From NCBI RefSeq assembly GCF_001194135.2, contig NC_069003.1, forward strand, positions 13,142,061 to 13,206,060: a stretch of 64,000 nt of DNA, given 5' to 3'. The position numbers and the translations under genes are program-made. Positions within the stretch are counted from its first letter, which is position 1. Every line of letters begins with the position of its first letter. The notes beneath the pieces were generated by a model. The model had not been told where the DNA came from and did no database searches. It worked only from the letters and a program-made list of their open reading frames with translations. Of the stretch, positions 13,561-27,256 are shown in pieces. The DNA is from Octopus bimaculoides. Taxonomy: Eukaryota.

Positions 13561-14623
13561 TATATATGTGCATATCTATGTATGATTATGTGCATCTGTA
13601 TGTATATGTAAATAGATATATATATGTATGCATATCTATGTATAATAATATCCATTTGTATGTATGTGTGTATCTGTATGCCTTTATTTCTATATATGTA
13701 TGCATATATATATATATGCATGTGTGCTTATCTATATATATACTAATTAGAGCATATGTATGTGTAATGTGTGCATAAGTATAAAGTGTGTGTGTGTGTA
13801 CCCTTTCTCCTCACTTACATAAGTTTAATTGTAAAATAGTTGGCACACAATGTCTGGCAACAGTCACTGAGACACAGATACATCCTCCCCCAACCCCTCA
13901 ATACATGCAGTAACAATCAAGCACACATCTCCAAAATATAGGCCAGATTTCTCTCTCAAAAGAGTGTATATAGGTATGTGTGTGAATATATGTGTGTGTG
14001 TGTGTGTGTATACACACACACAAGCACAAATGCATTATTTGTGTGTGTGCTCATGTATGTTGCTGTTTGTTGCTTCTTGAGCCATGCTTGGCTCATAAGG
14101 GCCGGTTTTCCAGTTTCGTTGGGATATAGGTTCCCCACCTGGACAGGACACCAGTCCATCGCAGGTGAGCTGCTAGATGCAGGCGAAGAGAGTGAGAGAA
14201 AGTTGTGGCAATTTAATCAGCAGAAGTTCGCCATTACCCTCTGCTGGAACCACGTGAAGCTTAGGTGTTTTGTCATAAACACATCACATGGTCTGAGATT
14301 CTAACCTGCAATCCCTCGGCCACAAGTCTGCTGCTCTAACCACTAGGCCATGTGCCTCCACTCTGTTTCATACATACATTCTTTTATTCTTTTTCAGTCA
14401 TTCAACTGCAGCCATGCTGGACCCCAAGACTTTTCTTTTTAAAGCCTAGTACTTCTGTTGGTCTCTCTTTGCCAAACCACTATAATATCTTGGACCAGAA
14501 AATTCTTTCTCTCTCTCTCTCTCTCAATACATGAAGTAACCCTCACATGCAACATTTCCAAAATGAAAGCCAGATTCATCTCTCAATAGAATGTATATAT
14601 GTGTGTGTGCGTATATATATATA

Positions 14624-14676
<53 letters not shown>

Positions 14677-15815
14677 GGAGTGGCTGCGTGGTAAGTAGCT
14701 TACTTACCAACCACATGGTCCCGGGTTCAGTCCCACTGCGTCGCACTTTCTGGAAGTGTCTTCTATTATAGCTCCGGGCCGACCAAAGCCTTGTAAGTGG
14801 ATTTGGTAGACAGAAACTGCAAGAAGCCCGTCATATATGTATATATATGTATGTGTGTCTGTTTGTCTCCCCAACATCGCTTGACAACTGATGTTGGTCT
14901 GTTTACATTCCTGTAACTTAGTGGTTCGGTAAAAAAGACTGCTAGAATAATTCTGTGTGTGTGTGTTTATGTTATATCTATGTATTTACAAAAGTATGTA
15001 TGTAGCATCACATCTATATGACAGCTGTATTAACATTAGCATCCCATTACCACTCAATATTTGTCACTTACATAACACCGTTCTCACCTTCCCTGATATA
15101 AGTCACCCTCATTCTACTACTGCAAATCCCTCAACTAATACATTTTGCACCCTCCTCATTTTATTATATAATTCGCCCAACCCCACTGGGGGGCACATTA
15201 TAGATTTTCATTGAAATCCAATTAGCCTATTATTGAACTAGATGTGAGTGTAACATGTATGCTAAGTTTCATGAATATTGGGTCACTGGTTTAGGCACTA
15301 TGATAACTGACAGACAAAAATTGCTATTTATATATGAGAAAATATAATATGATATATCCTGGACCAGTTCAATGGTTCTGGTTTCTTCATAATTGAGGCA
15401 ACAGAGTTGATAGGGATGTGACTGTTTTCTGTTAGTTAATTTATATTTCAGCTGCACCAAAATACATCCCCCTTTACCACACACAGTGTGCCATGCAGAT
15501 CTACAGCATCACTTGCTGTTGTACTAATTACCAATACTAAACTACTACACACCAACTATAGCCATAATCACACCATCTCAGCTAATATAACACCAATACA
15601 CAACTACAGCCTGTGCTATTCTCATATATTAATATTCACCATACCGTAATATTCAGGTGCAGGAGTGGCTGTGTGGTAAGAAGCGTGCTTCCTAACCACA
15701 TGGTTCCGGGTTCAGTCCCACTGTTTGGCACCTTGGGCAAGTGACTTCTGCTATAGCTTTGGACCAACCAAATCCTTGAGTGGATTTGGTAGATGGAAAC
15801 TGAAAGAAAACCGTC

Positions 15816-15855
<40 letters not shown>

Positions 15856-18800
15856 TATGTGTGTCTGTGTTTGTCCCCCCCATCATCGCTTGACACTGAT
15901 GTTGGTGTATTTACATACCTGTAACTTAGCAGTTCAGCAAAAGAGACCGATAGAATAAGTACTAAGCTTACAAAGAATAAGTCCTGAGATTGATTTGTTT
16001 GACTAAAGGCGGTGCTCCAGCATGACCACAGTCAAATGACTGAAACTAGTAATAAAAGTAAAAGTATGAGTATATAACAAGCCAATGCTGATTGTGAAGC
16101 TGTGGTGGAGAAACAAACATAGACACAAAGACACACACATTTACACACACACACACACATATATATATCACAGGCTTCCACACAGTTTTCATTTACCAAA
16201 TCCACTCTTCAAGGCTTTGGTTAACCTGGTGCTATAGTAGAAGATACTTGGCCAATGTGCTACACAGTGGGATTGAACCCAGAACTATGTGGTTGGGAAG
16301 CAAAATTCTTACCACACAGTCACACCTATCTGGTTGTAAAATCCTACTTCAAAATCAATTCCTGTACCAGGTAAGATACTTTGGGAAAACGGTCATTAAA
16401 TGTACAAACGAACAAACAACACACACACACTCACGTACAAGCATCTGTGTGCACTCACACATACACTCTTACATACATGCACACTCACATATACACACAC
16501 ACATACATGCACACACTCACACACACACTTACATGCACACACTCACACACACACACACTTACATGCACACACTCACACACACACACTCTTACATACATAC
16601 ACACATGCACACTCTTACATACATGCACACACACATCATCCTCATTTAACATCCCCTTTTCATTGCTGGCATGGGTTGGACAGTTCAATATGAACATCTG
16701 AAGCAAAGGGTTTTGCAGAATTCCAACGTCCCCTTTGGCATGATTTCTACACCTTGATGCCCTTCTCAATGCCAACCACTTCACAGAGCGTGAGTGTGTT
16801 GGTGCCTTTTTTTTTATGGCACCCATACTAGTGAGATCACCAAGTACCCACAAGACAGTACCCCTCAGCTGGGTAAGGTATTGTGTCGATGGATATGAAC
16901 GTATGATAGAGGGGAAAGGAGTGAATGTCTTGTTGAAGGGGTGAATGCATGGCTTGTCCATTTAGATAGAGAGAGAGAGAGTGGGGGTGATGTGAGGTCA
17001 AGGTATGAGAGACAGAAGAGGATAGAGGAGCAAAAAAAGTATGTATACGGGTAAATATGCACTGAGTGAGAATAGTGTGACAGATGATTAGAGATAAGGA
17101 ACAAGTTGGATGCAGAGGATATCAGTTTAGAAGTAGAGAAATAGAGGATGGAGATAGGGTGCTGCAGACATGCACACTTACATCTATATAGATACATGCA
17201 AACACACATACACATGATGGACTTAGAATTCTATCTACTAAATCTCATTCACAAGGGCTTGATCAACCTAAGGATATAGGGAATGGCGCTTGGCCTTGGT
17301 GTTACCCATTTGTTTTAGATATGGCATGAGCACACAATGGTGAAACAAACTTCTTCCCCACCCAGCCATATTTGGTTCTTGAAATTTTTAATTTTTACCA
17401 ATTAGAGGTCACAACTCTAGAATGTGATTTGAATGTCACAGGAAAGAATCACAAGACAAATTCTTCAACCTGAGTTAACAGGCAGGAGACCTGGAGATAG
17501 ACCAAGAAAAAGATAGGTGGATGAAGTCCACCGTCTCATTTGGTCATGCTTGGGAAGCCAGCTGGAAAGTGTGATTATGGCTGCTTCTGATAGGACCCTA
17601 TGGACGAGGTGCCTGAGGACTATGGCCACAACTGGCAGAATATCCAGGGGTAGACCAAGAATGTGATGGTTAGATAATATCCATAGTCTCAGTTGGTCGC
17701 ACTTGGAAATCTAACTGAAATGTATAATGGCTTCTGATAGGACTCTATGAAAGCGGGGGACCCTGAGGGTTCTAACCTTATGATCCTTCATGGAATAGTG
17801 GGCAGGCAAGATGGATAGATAGTCAAGAAAACAGACTTTTATCTTTTGGTGTAAGGTTTTCTACTTGTTTCTCTGTTTTTCAGTTGGTGTACTATATGGC
17901 TTGACCAGCATTTCAGTGGGGCACCCCATTGACACAATCAAAACAAAAATGCAGGGTCAACATGGTTTTGAAAAGACCAACATGTTTCAGACTTTTGTGA
18001 AGACTTTTCAAACTCAGGGAATTCGAGGCTTCTACAGGTAAGCAATCCTTTATTACTAAAAAAGAAAAATAAATCAAGAAAACTCTCCATTATATTCACT
18101 AGATTATCATTGCCATCACCATTGTCACCACCCCTCTCCTTGCATCACTTTTACCATCACCTTCACCATCACACTGTATCTAAGATTACATTATCCATCC
18201 TGCATGTCTTCTTTTATGCTGTTTAGTGTGATTTCAGCAAGATTTGACTGTTATTTCTTGCTGATTAATAACCAGGTAGAAGCTCCTGCATTGACTTTAA
18301 CCCTTTAGCACTTGAACCAGCCGAATCCAGCCAAAATAGTTCAAACTGGCCAGATCCGGCTTCTCATATTTGCAGAGGCTGTTCAGTCATGCAACTCACA
18401 AGATTGAACCCTCAGGAAATCTTTTATTTTTTACTTGTTTTAGCCATTAGACTGTGCCCATGCTGGGGCACCACCTTGAAGAATTTCTAGTCAAATTGTA
18501 AGCCTAGTACTTATGCTATTGGTCTCTTTTGCCAAACCACTAAGTTATAGGGACATAAACACACCAATACCAGTTGTCAAGCAGTGGAGGAGGGGTACAA
18601 CTACAGACACAGAAACAAACAGATATANNNNNNNNNNNNNNNNNNNNNNNNNNNNNNNNNNNNNNNNNNNNNNNNNNNNNNNNNNNNNATATATATATAT
18701 ACGAGGGGATGCTGGAAAGTTCCTGGCTTTAAGGGTATCTGAAAGGCCTGGTTGGAGGCCTGACCTTCCAAGTTTTTTTATAGAGCTTATAGAAACTGAA

Positions 18801-18912
18801 GAACTGCTGCAATAATTGTATGAATTTGAGAGAGGAACATGTTAAAGAAAATCATAATTAACTGATTCTCCTGTATTTTCTATTACCCAAAGCCGCCGAC
18901 ATTTCAGCACCC

Positions 18913-18966
<54 letters not shown>

Positions 18967-21900
18967 TACAATGGGCTTCTTTCAGATTCCATCTATCTAA
19001 TCCACTCGCAAGGCTTTGGTGAGGCTGAGGCTGTTGTAGAAGACACTTGCCCCAGGTACAATGCAGTTAGGAAATAAGCTTCTTACAACACAGCCATGCC
19101 TGCCCCTGATGAGAGACGTTGGAGCAGAGCAGGTTCTTGTAGAAGAGCTGCATTGCTACTCCCATTTAGAAGAGAGGGGAAAGAGAATGGTGAACAGGAC
19201 CTACACATAAACAATCACGTCATTGAAATCTCAAGATCATGCATGACTAATTCAAAACAATGGGAATAGAGAAGCATCACATTTGACAGAGTGATCTGAA
19301 TGCTACAGGATTACATAGGTGCATTATGTTTGGGGCAATATTTGAAATGTAGAGAGAGTGGCTGAGTGGTAAGAAGCTTGCTTCCCAACCATATAGTTTC
19401 CAGGTTCAGTCCCACTGCATGACACCTACTATAACCTCAGGCCAACTAGTCTTGTGAGTGGATTTGGTTGACAGAAACTGAAAGAAGACCGTTGTATATA
19501 TATGTGTATGTGTGAGTGTCTTTGTGTCTGTGTTTGTCCTCCACCACTGTTTAACAACCAGTGCTGGTGTGTTTACATCTCCATAACTTAGTAGTTTAGC
19601 AAAAGAGATCAATAGAATAAGTTCCAGGCTTAAAAAAGTAACGTATTGGGAGTCAATTCATTGACTAGGAATTCTTCAAGGCAGTGCCACAGCATGGCCA
19701 TGGTCTATTGACTGAAACAAGTAAAAGATAAAAGAAGATTAGGTATTAAAATGTGCTGTAAGAGCACGTCATCATCATCATCCCTTAATGTCCTCCTTCC
19801 TGACATGGGTTGGATGGTTTGACAGGAGCTTGTGAGCCTTAAGTGTGCACTAAACTCTTCTCTCTGTTTTGGCAGGTTTCCAACAGCTGGATGCCCTTCC
19901 TGATGTCAGCCATTTTACAGAGTGTAACTGGGTGCTTTTTACATACAACCAGCATCAGTAATGCCACTGAGTAACTTGCATGACAAGACCCCCTTCTGCC
20001 CCTCAACTCAGTAGTGGTAGTAGTATTGAGGAGTTTAAGTATTATAGAGAGACCGAAACAATTGTATTCCTGTAAAGGAGATACAAGGGGTTACTGAAAA
20101 GTTCCTGACTTTAAGGGTTTTGCGAAAGGCCTCATTGGAGGCCCAACCTTCTGAGTTCTTTTACAGGGCTTAGAAAAACTGAAGGACCACTGCAGTAAGT
20201 GTGTGAATCTGAGAGGGGAATATGTTGAATAAAATCATAATTAACTGACCCTCCTGTATTTTCTTTTACCCAAAGGCAGGAACTTTGCAGCACCCCCTCA
20301 TAAAGGGCTGCCCCAGTTGGAAATGAGAGAAGACAGAGTCCATAGTAGTGGAGATGTGTCAGGGCAATCTCTCGAGGTACAAGGAATTTAGGTGAAAGTG
20401 GGTCAGTGGATTGGACAGAAGCAAAGTGCTACAGATCTCTATTATCATTTACAAACAACCTAACACCACTTCCTTAATTACTCATTAAGTTTCCCTTGAT
20501 AATACAGTAATACTACTTACCACTCTGTTTTAATCTCTTATATTTACAGGGGTTGTATTCCACCATTATGGGGCTCAGGAATATTTCGCTCTACGCAGTT
20601 TGCAGTTTTTGAAGGGGCGTAAGTATTTGGTTTTTGTTTTGCTTTTTTTTTATGTATTTTTAGATATTTTGTTCACTAGCATAGCTAGAGTATGTGCCAC
20701 CTGAGGCAGCCCTTCCATTTGCAGACCCTGGACCTCACAAAAAACACATACTGCCTACAGCAATAGCCTACAACAGGATGAAAAGTGCTGCCCCTGCCAC
20801 TACCCCCAGCTACGCTAGTTATTTTGTTGTTGTTTTCCCAGGTCATCTCTAATTCAACAGACCCAGGATCAGATCTGTGTTGCTGTAGCTGTGTGGTTAA
20901 GAAGTTTGCTTTACTACCATCATGAACAACAAGGACCATCTAATCATCTTTAAGAATGATTGATGAATTGAGTGGTAACTTTGCATTTAAGCCAACCATA
21001 TCCGGCCAGAATATTCTCCTTGTTTTATCTTCAAACTGACCAGATCTGGTCTCTCGCACCTACTTTACAATGTCATTCTAAATATAAACAATAACATCGT
21101 CAAAATCTCAAAGCTGCGAGGCAAAGCATGTTTAATTCAAAGGAAAGTGAATGTAATCTGAATGCTAAAGAGTTAAAGTGAAGAAGAGCTGTGCACTGTC
21201 AACCTCACTCTTTCTCTCATCTGTGATCATCTGAAATCCAGTGGCAAGACCAGGTCAGGACAACAGGGGACAGAGACAGATGCAGTAGATGAACAAAACA
21301 TCTTATTTGCATCATCTTGCTCTCTGCACTCTATATTGTGTTACTGCAGTTGCTATTGAGAAGTGGGGTGACAACACTGTTTGAAAACCTGATCACCAAC
21401 ATTAGCAACAGAATATCTAACCTCTCTTCCTCTAAAGAAATTTTTGAGAAGACAACCTCCTACTACTACAACACCCTAGCCAATATTGGCTTCAATGATG
21501 AATTAATTTACAACCCTTCTAGTATGAATAACAAAAATAAACCTAGGAGAATAATTTAGTTCCCCCAGTTTTTTCCCCTCGTGTTAAAACCAACATAGGT
21601 AAAAGATTCCTGTCTCCTTTAGACAAACGTTTTCCTGTAAATTACTAGTAGAGAAAAATATTCAACAAGCACTCAGTCCAATTATCATATACCTACTGCT
21701 CCAATGTGAAGAGCATCATTACACACAAACACCACTAAGATCCTACTCCCAGTTATAGCTGTCGAGACCCATGAACCTATCCACTCAACTAGGAGTGCAT
21801 GATTAAATGCATCATATACGAAACAGAAGTTACAGCAACGCTAGTTGATAACATAACCGAAAAGAAGAGCTACATTGGGCTATGTGAAAACGACTTCAAA

Positions 21901-23093
21901 AATCGCTATGCTAACCACATATCCTCATAGACAAAAGTAAAGTCACTAAGTTGGCTAGCCACATATGGGGTTTGTAGTTTAATGCCACACCACATACAAT
22001 CAAGTGGAAAATAGTTGAAAAGTCCACACCATATGTCACTGAATCAAAAAAATGTAAGCTATGTGTAGCTGAAAGGTCACAGATCCTTTTCAGATCTAAG
22101 AACTCCACTTCACTGCTGAATTCCAGATCTGAAATTTTCAACAGATGTAAACATATGTATAAGTACCTGTTGGCAAATTAGAAAATATCACCCTCTCCAA
22201 ATTTAGCAGCTGCACCACAGACTCAAGGACCCTATCCATTCAGCCTTATGATTTTATAATCGAAGGGGACATAACTCTAATTCTCCCCTTCTTTTTCTTT
22301 TTTCGTTTTCTGGTGTTTTCAACCTTCCACATTTTACATCTACTTTCTAATTACCTTTTCTCATATTTTCTCCTATCCTATTGTGCTGTTTTAGCTTGTT
22401 ATGCCATATGGGCTGAGCCTGAGGATTGCATAAAGGCACTAAACATGTTATAAAATGCTGTCTGAATTGTTTTCATTGCACAAAACTTATTAGTAGCTCA
22501 TAAAAATATATACTGTGTTTATTAAATAATATTTATCTCTCACCAGATGGAATACTTTTTTTGTTGGTCTTACCATCACAGAACTGTATATAGTATACTT
22601 GGGCAAGTGTCTTCTTCTAGAGCTCCAGGGTGATCAAAGCCTAATGATTGGATTTGGTAGATGGAAACTGAACAGAAGCTTGTTGTGTATGTATGTTTGT
22701 GTGTGTATATCTCTGTCTTGGCAGCACATGATGGATGTCTATGAGCACCACTGTCAATCAAGCTGGTTTTGTTTCCAGGCTTTTTGTGAAAAATATGTCT
22801 AGCCATGCGAAATATTACCTTGGTTGAAAACAGCTGAGGGTTGGTGACACAAAGAGCATCCAGCCATAGAAAATCTGCCTCAATAAATTCCATCCAACTC
22901 ATGTAAGCATGAAATTGGGGGCTTCTTTCCCAGTAAGGTAATATTCCCCATGACCAGACATGTTTTATAAGGAAAGTGGCAGCAAAGAACAGCACTACAC
23001 CATGGAGCTATAGTAGATGCCACACAGTGGGACTGAACCCAGAACAATATGATGGGGAAGCAAGCTTCTCACAACACAGCCATGCCTGTGCCT

Positions 23094-23125
<32 letters not shown>

Positions 23126-26100
23126 TTATACATTCGCTCACTCACACACACACACACACGGCCTGCTTCTTTCAGTTTCTGTCTACCACATTCATTCACA
23201 AAGCTTTGGTCAGCTTGGGGTTATAGAAAATACTTGCCCAAGGTGCTACACAGTGGGACTGAACCCAGAAGTATGTGATTGAGAAGCAAAACTTCTTACC
23301 ACACAGCCATACTTGCACCTCTGTATTATATCTAAATACTTTCTACAACCATGTATCATATCTAAATACTTTCAGATATACCTTTTTAGACTCACCATTT
23401 GGAAAATCCACAATTCCATTATCAGGAGGAATTCAAATGTAAGTATATTTTGTCTTCTCAACCTTTTTTTTTATTTGCTACTTTTGTAGATTCCCATGAC
23501 TCTCTGTTGCCATCCAATTCCATTATAATGAATTTGAATTGGAAGCTTGACTCATTGTGAATCTTTCATTAGCTGATCACACAACCATGGATACATTACA
23601 GTTACTCTCTTGGTGGAGCTTGGTGATCCAAACTTTTAGGGTTCCTCCACTCAGCATCAATGTAAGAAGAACCATTGGCTCAGTTGAGCTCTTCCATTAC
23701 CTCTTCACAATCTGCTATGCTGCAGTCTCATTACTTTGCTGTATCCCTGACAGGGTGACTGGCTGCTGTGTCTTGCCAAAGGGCAGCCCGTAATTATGCA
23801 GGACACAACCATCACTCTAGGAGATATTTTCAAAATACATGCATACCCTAGCTCTTCCACTACCTCTTCACATGTTCTTATTTACCCTATTATAAACATC
23901 TGGATTTAGTTTCTTTTATCCTAAGCTTAGTCCCTAATTTGAAAAATCTTGTCACCTGATGACAAAATTTTATAACAAACCAATAAAAGACTCTGTGATT
24001 ACTTAACCTGCTAAAAATAGCAGCCAGATAGCCCTTATATATTACACCCTACCATCTTAACCCTTTAGCATTCAGATTACTCTGTCAAATGTAATGTTTA
24101 GTTATTCACATTCCTTTGAATTAATCATGCATTATTTCATAGCTTTGAGGTTTCAGTGAGATGATTGTTTAGTTTTATAATGACATTGTAGTCTAGATGT
24201 GAGAGGCTAGAATATTTGGGCTGGATATGACCAGTTTAAATGCAAAAGAGTTAAACAATGGGAGACGCACACACACAGCATTCATACATATACTATTCTT
24301 GAAGAGAAAGAGAGGATGGTTGCAGTTAGAACACCTTTGATCAGTCATATAATGCTCAATCAGCCAAATGATTAAATAATATTGAGGTCAGGTATCTGCT
24401 CTAGATATGACTCATGTATCATAGCGTCTTTCTATCTTTTGAGGTAGCTACTCACATAGTTGTTTGACCTGCTAGAAACAGGAGCAAAATCTTCATTGAT
24501 TCACATTCTACCATCTTAGAGCTAGACACATAAAAACATGTAGAGATAATGTTTTTCTGGATGCACTATGCCAGGAGAAAAAGACAAGACAATCATGGCT
24601 GGAAGATCTTGTGATAGTAGATAATGGTAAAGACCCCCATCAGTCATGAATGACCGTTAGATTACAACTAGAAAGTTCTCCTTCAAGGCACAAGTCTGGG
24701 CAAGGTTGTTTATGGAAGACCAGCAGTCACCCATGCATACCAACCCTGCCACTCTCCATGCCACCACTGTTATCCAAGGGAAAGGCAAAGGGGCCGATAC
24801 AGCTTGGCACCAGTGACATCGCAACTCATTTCTACAGCTGAGTGAACTGGAGCAATGTGAAATAAAGTGTCTTGCTCAAGAACACAACACACAGCCCAGT
24901 CTAGGAATCAAACTCACCTACCTCGTGATTGTGAGTCCAACGCCCTAATCACTGAAGATCAATGTGAATAAATAAGCATAATATTTGACAGAGTAATCTT
25001 AATGTTATAGGGTTAAAAGCATAAAGATTTTAATAATAAAAAAGCACCTAAAAAAAATCAACAGTGAAGTGGAAAAATCACATAAAATACACATGAAAAT
25101 ATGTACAGACCATTTATTAAAACAGATGTGGGTTAATAAATTTTTTTAAATGTTTTTTCATGTGACATTTTTCAAGTGAGGTCACACATCTTGGAACCAG
25201 TTAAGGACATAACTTGACATATACTTGTATTAAATACAAATTTCAGCAGAATTCTGGTGTAAGCACCCCCATATAACCCCACATAAATTTTCTATTTTTT
25301 GGAAAACTTTTGCGAATTTGTGTTCTCCACACAGGAATTCATGTGGTCATCAGAAAGAAAAAAAAACGTTTCTTGAGCCCACTTTACTAGATCCCCTCCA
25401 CCCACTCCCCCATTAAAATTAACTCAGTTTCTATTGTTAACCATTTTTTCCTAATTTCCAATCCTCAGCCGAGTGTTACTGGCCGGTGCTTGTGCCGCTA
25501 CTGCTCGTGCAGTCATTGAAACACCGTTAGAATATGCCAAGGTGAGATAACTTTTACTTCTATTCTCTTCCTTTCTCTCTTGTTTGTAAGTCTAATGCTG
25601 CAAACTCATCTGGGTGTATTTACACCATTTGTCTACATCGAGGAATTTTCTCCATGACAAAACACAGTGAATGGCTTATTTATGAGTTTGAACATGCCAC
25701 TGGCATATTCAAACTGCACATCACTGATTAGTGCTCCCCCTCCGTAATTTGCTTCTGGTGAGCCACTGCGTAGCACTAATCAGCAACTGTATGGTGACTA
25801 AAATAGCATAAGAGAAGCAATCTCTTTTATCAGTTCGCAGCATCCCCTGCCTAGTGTCTGACTGAAGAGGAGATAACCATTCCAAAATGCTTGCATTTCA
25901 CAGTCTAGATAGGTGGTACTACAAACTTATCTAGGTGGATTTACACCATTTGTCTACAGCAAAAAATGTTCTCTATGTCAAAACACAGTGAATGGCTTAT
26001 TTACAAGTCCAAACATGCCACAAGCATATTTGAACTGGTGATAACATTGCAGTAACATAGTCTTGTACTCTCTTACAACTGTGCAGCAACTCTCTCTTTT

Positions 26101-27225
26101 AACTTATACTCCTCTGCTCTCTCTCTCTTTCTCTCTTTTGAGATAGCAAGCAGCTGCCTTGTCGCATGCTCTTGGATTTCCTCAACATCTTGAAATCTTA
26201 TTTCTTTCAAAAGAAATCTGATTTTTGCCTTGATTCCAGGGTTCTAACCATAGACCCACAATTTGTCACCTGTTATGAATGTCTTCAAATAAGTTTCTGT
26301 CTTCCTCAACACACTCAAAGGAGACCCTGCACAGCTGAAGCCCAATCTTCTTTTTGAGACAACCACACTCTACACACTTCTCCTCCAAACAACAGGAGTG
26401 AGTGAGAATGATGTAGCTTAGTGTGCATGCAGGACAGAGCTGAAGGTCAGTCTGAGCCAAGCAGCTTCACATTGCATACTTTAGCTCTGTTACCAATAGC
26501 AACAGACCTGATACTTTTTAATCGGATCTCATATATTTGTGAGGCAAAAATTTTAAGTTAACCTGACATTTCCTAAAACACTTTTACTCTGAATGACATA
26601 ATACCCCTTTCATGAATGTATAACACTTAGCTAGTGTTGTGGTGGATAATATTCTTTTTTACTCTAGGCACAAGGCCTGAAATTTTGGGGGAGAGGACCA
26701 GTTGATTAGATCAACCCCAGTATGCAACTGGTACTTGATTTATCGACTCCAAAAGGATGAAAGGCAAAGTTGACCTTGGTGGAATTTGAACTCAGAGCGT
26801 AAAAACAGAGGAAATACCACTAAGCATTTCGCCCGGCATGCTAACATTTCTTATTTCTTTCTTACCCACAAAGGGCTAAACATAGAGGGGACAAACAAGG
26901 ACAGACAAAGGGACTAAGTCAGTTACATCGACCCCAGTGCAAAACTGGTACTTATTTTATTGACCCCGAAAGGATGAAAGGCAAAGTCGACCTCAGCAGA
27001 ATTTGAATTCAGTACAAAAAGACAGACGAAATGCCACTAAGCATTTCGCCCGGCATGCTAACGTTTCTACCAGCTCGCTGCTTTTGTGGTACATAATATT
27101 GAGGCAAAGCAGTGTTGAGGTGGGCCGAATAAAGTGATTTGGTGCAGCTGTTTGGATGCTGAAGATTTGGATTGGCTAACTGGACATTTAGCCTGTTTAG
27201 GCAACAGTACTTTCTGATACTGGAC

Positions 27226-27256
<31 letters not shown>

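Noticed and set aside
26266-26460. Cys-rich 64-aa minus-strand ORF (CPAC...CVECGC)
   Set aside because: No recognisable domain, splice context or Kozak start; compatible with chance.
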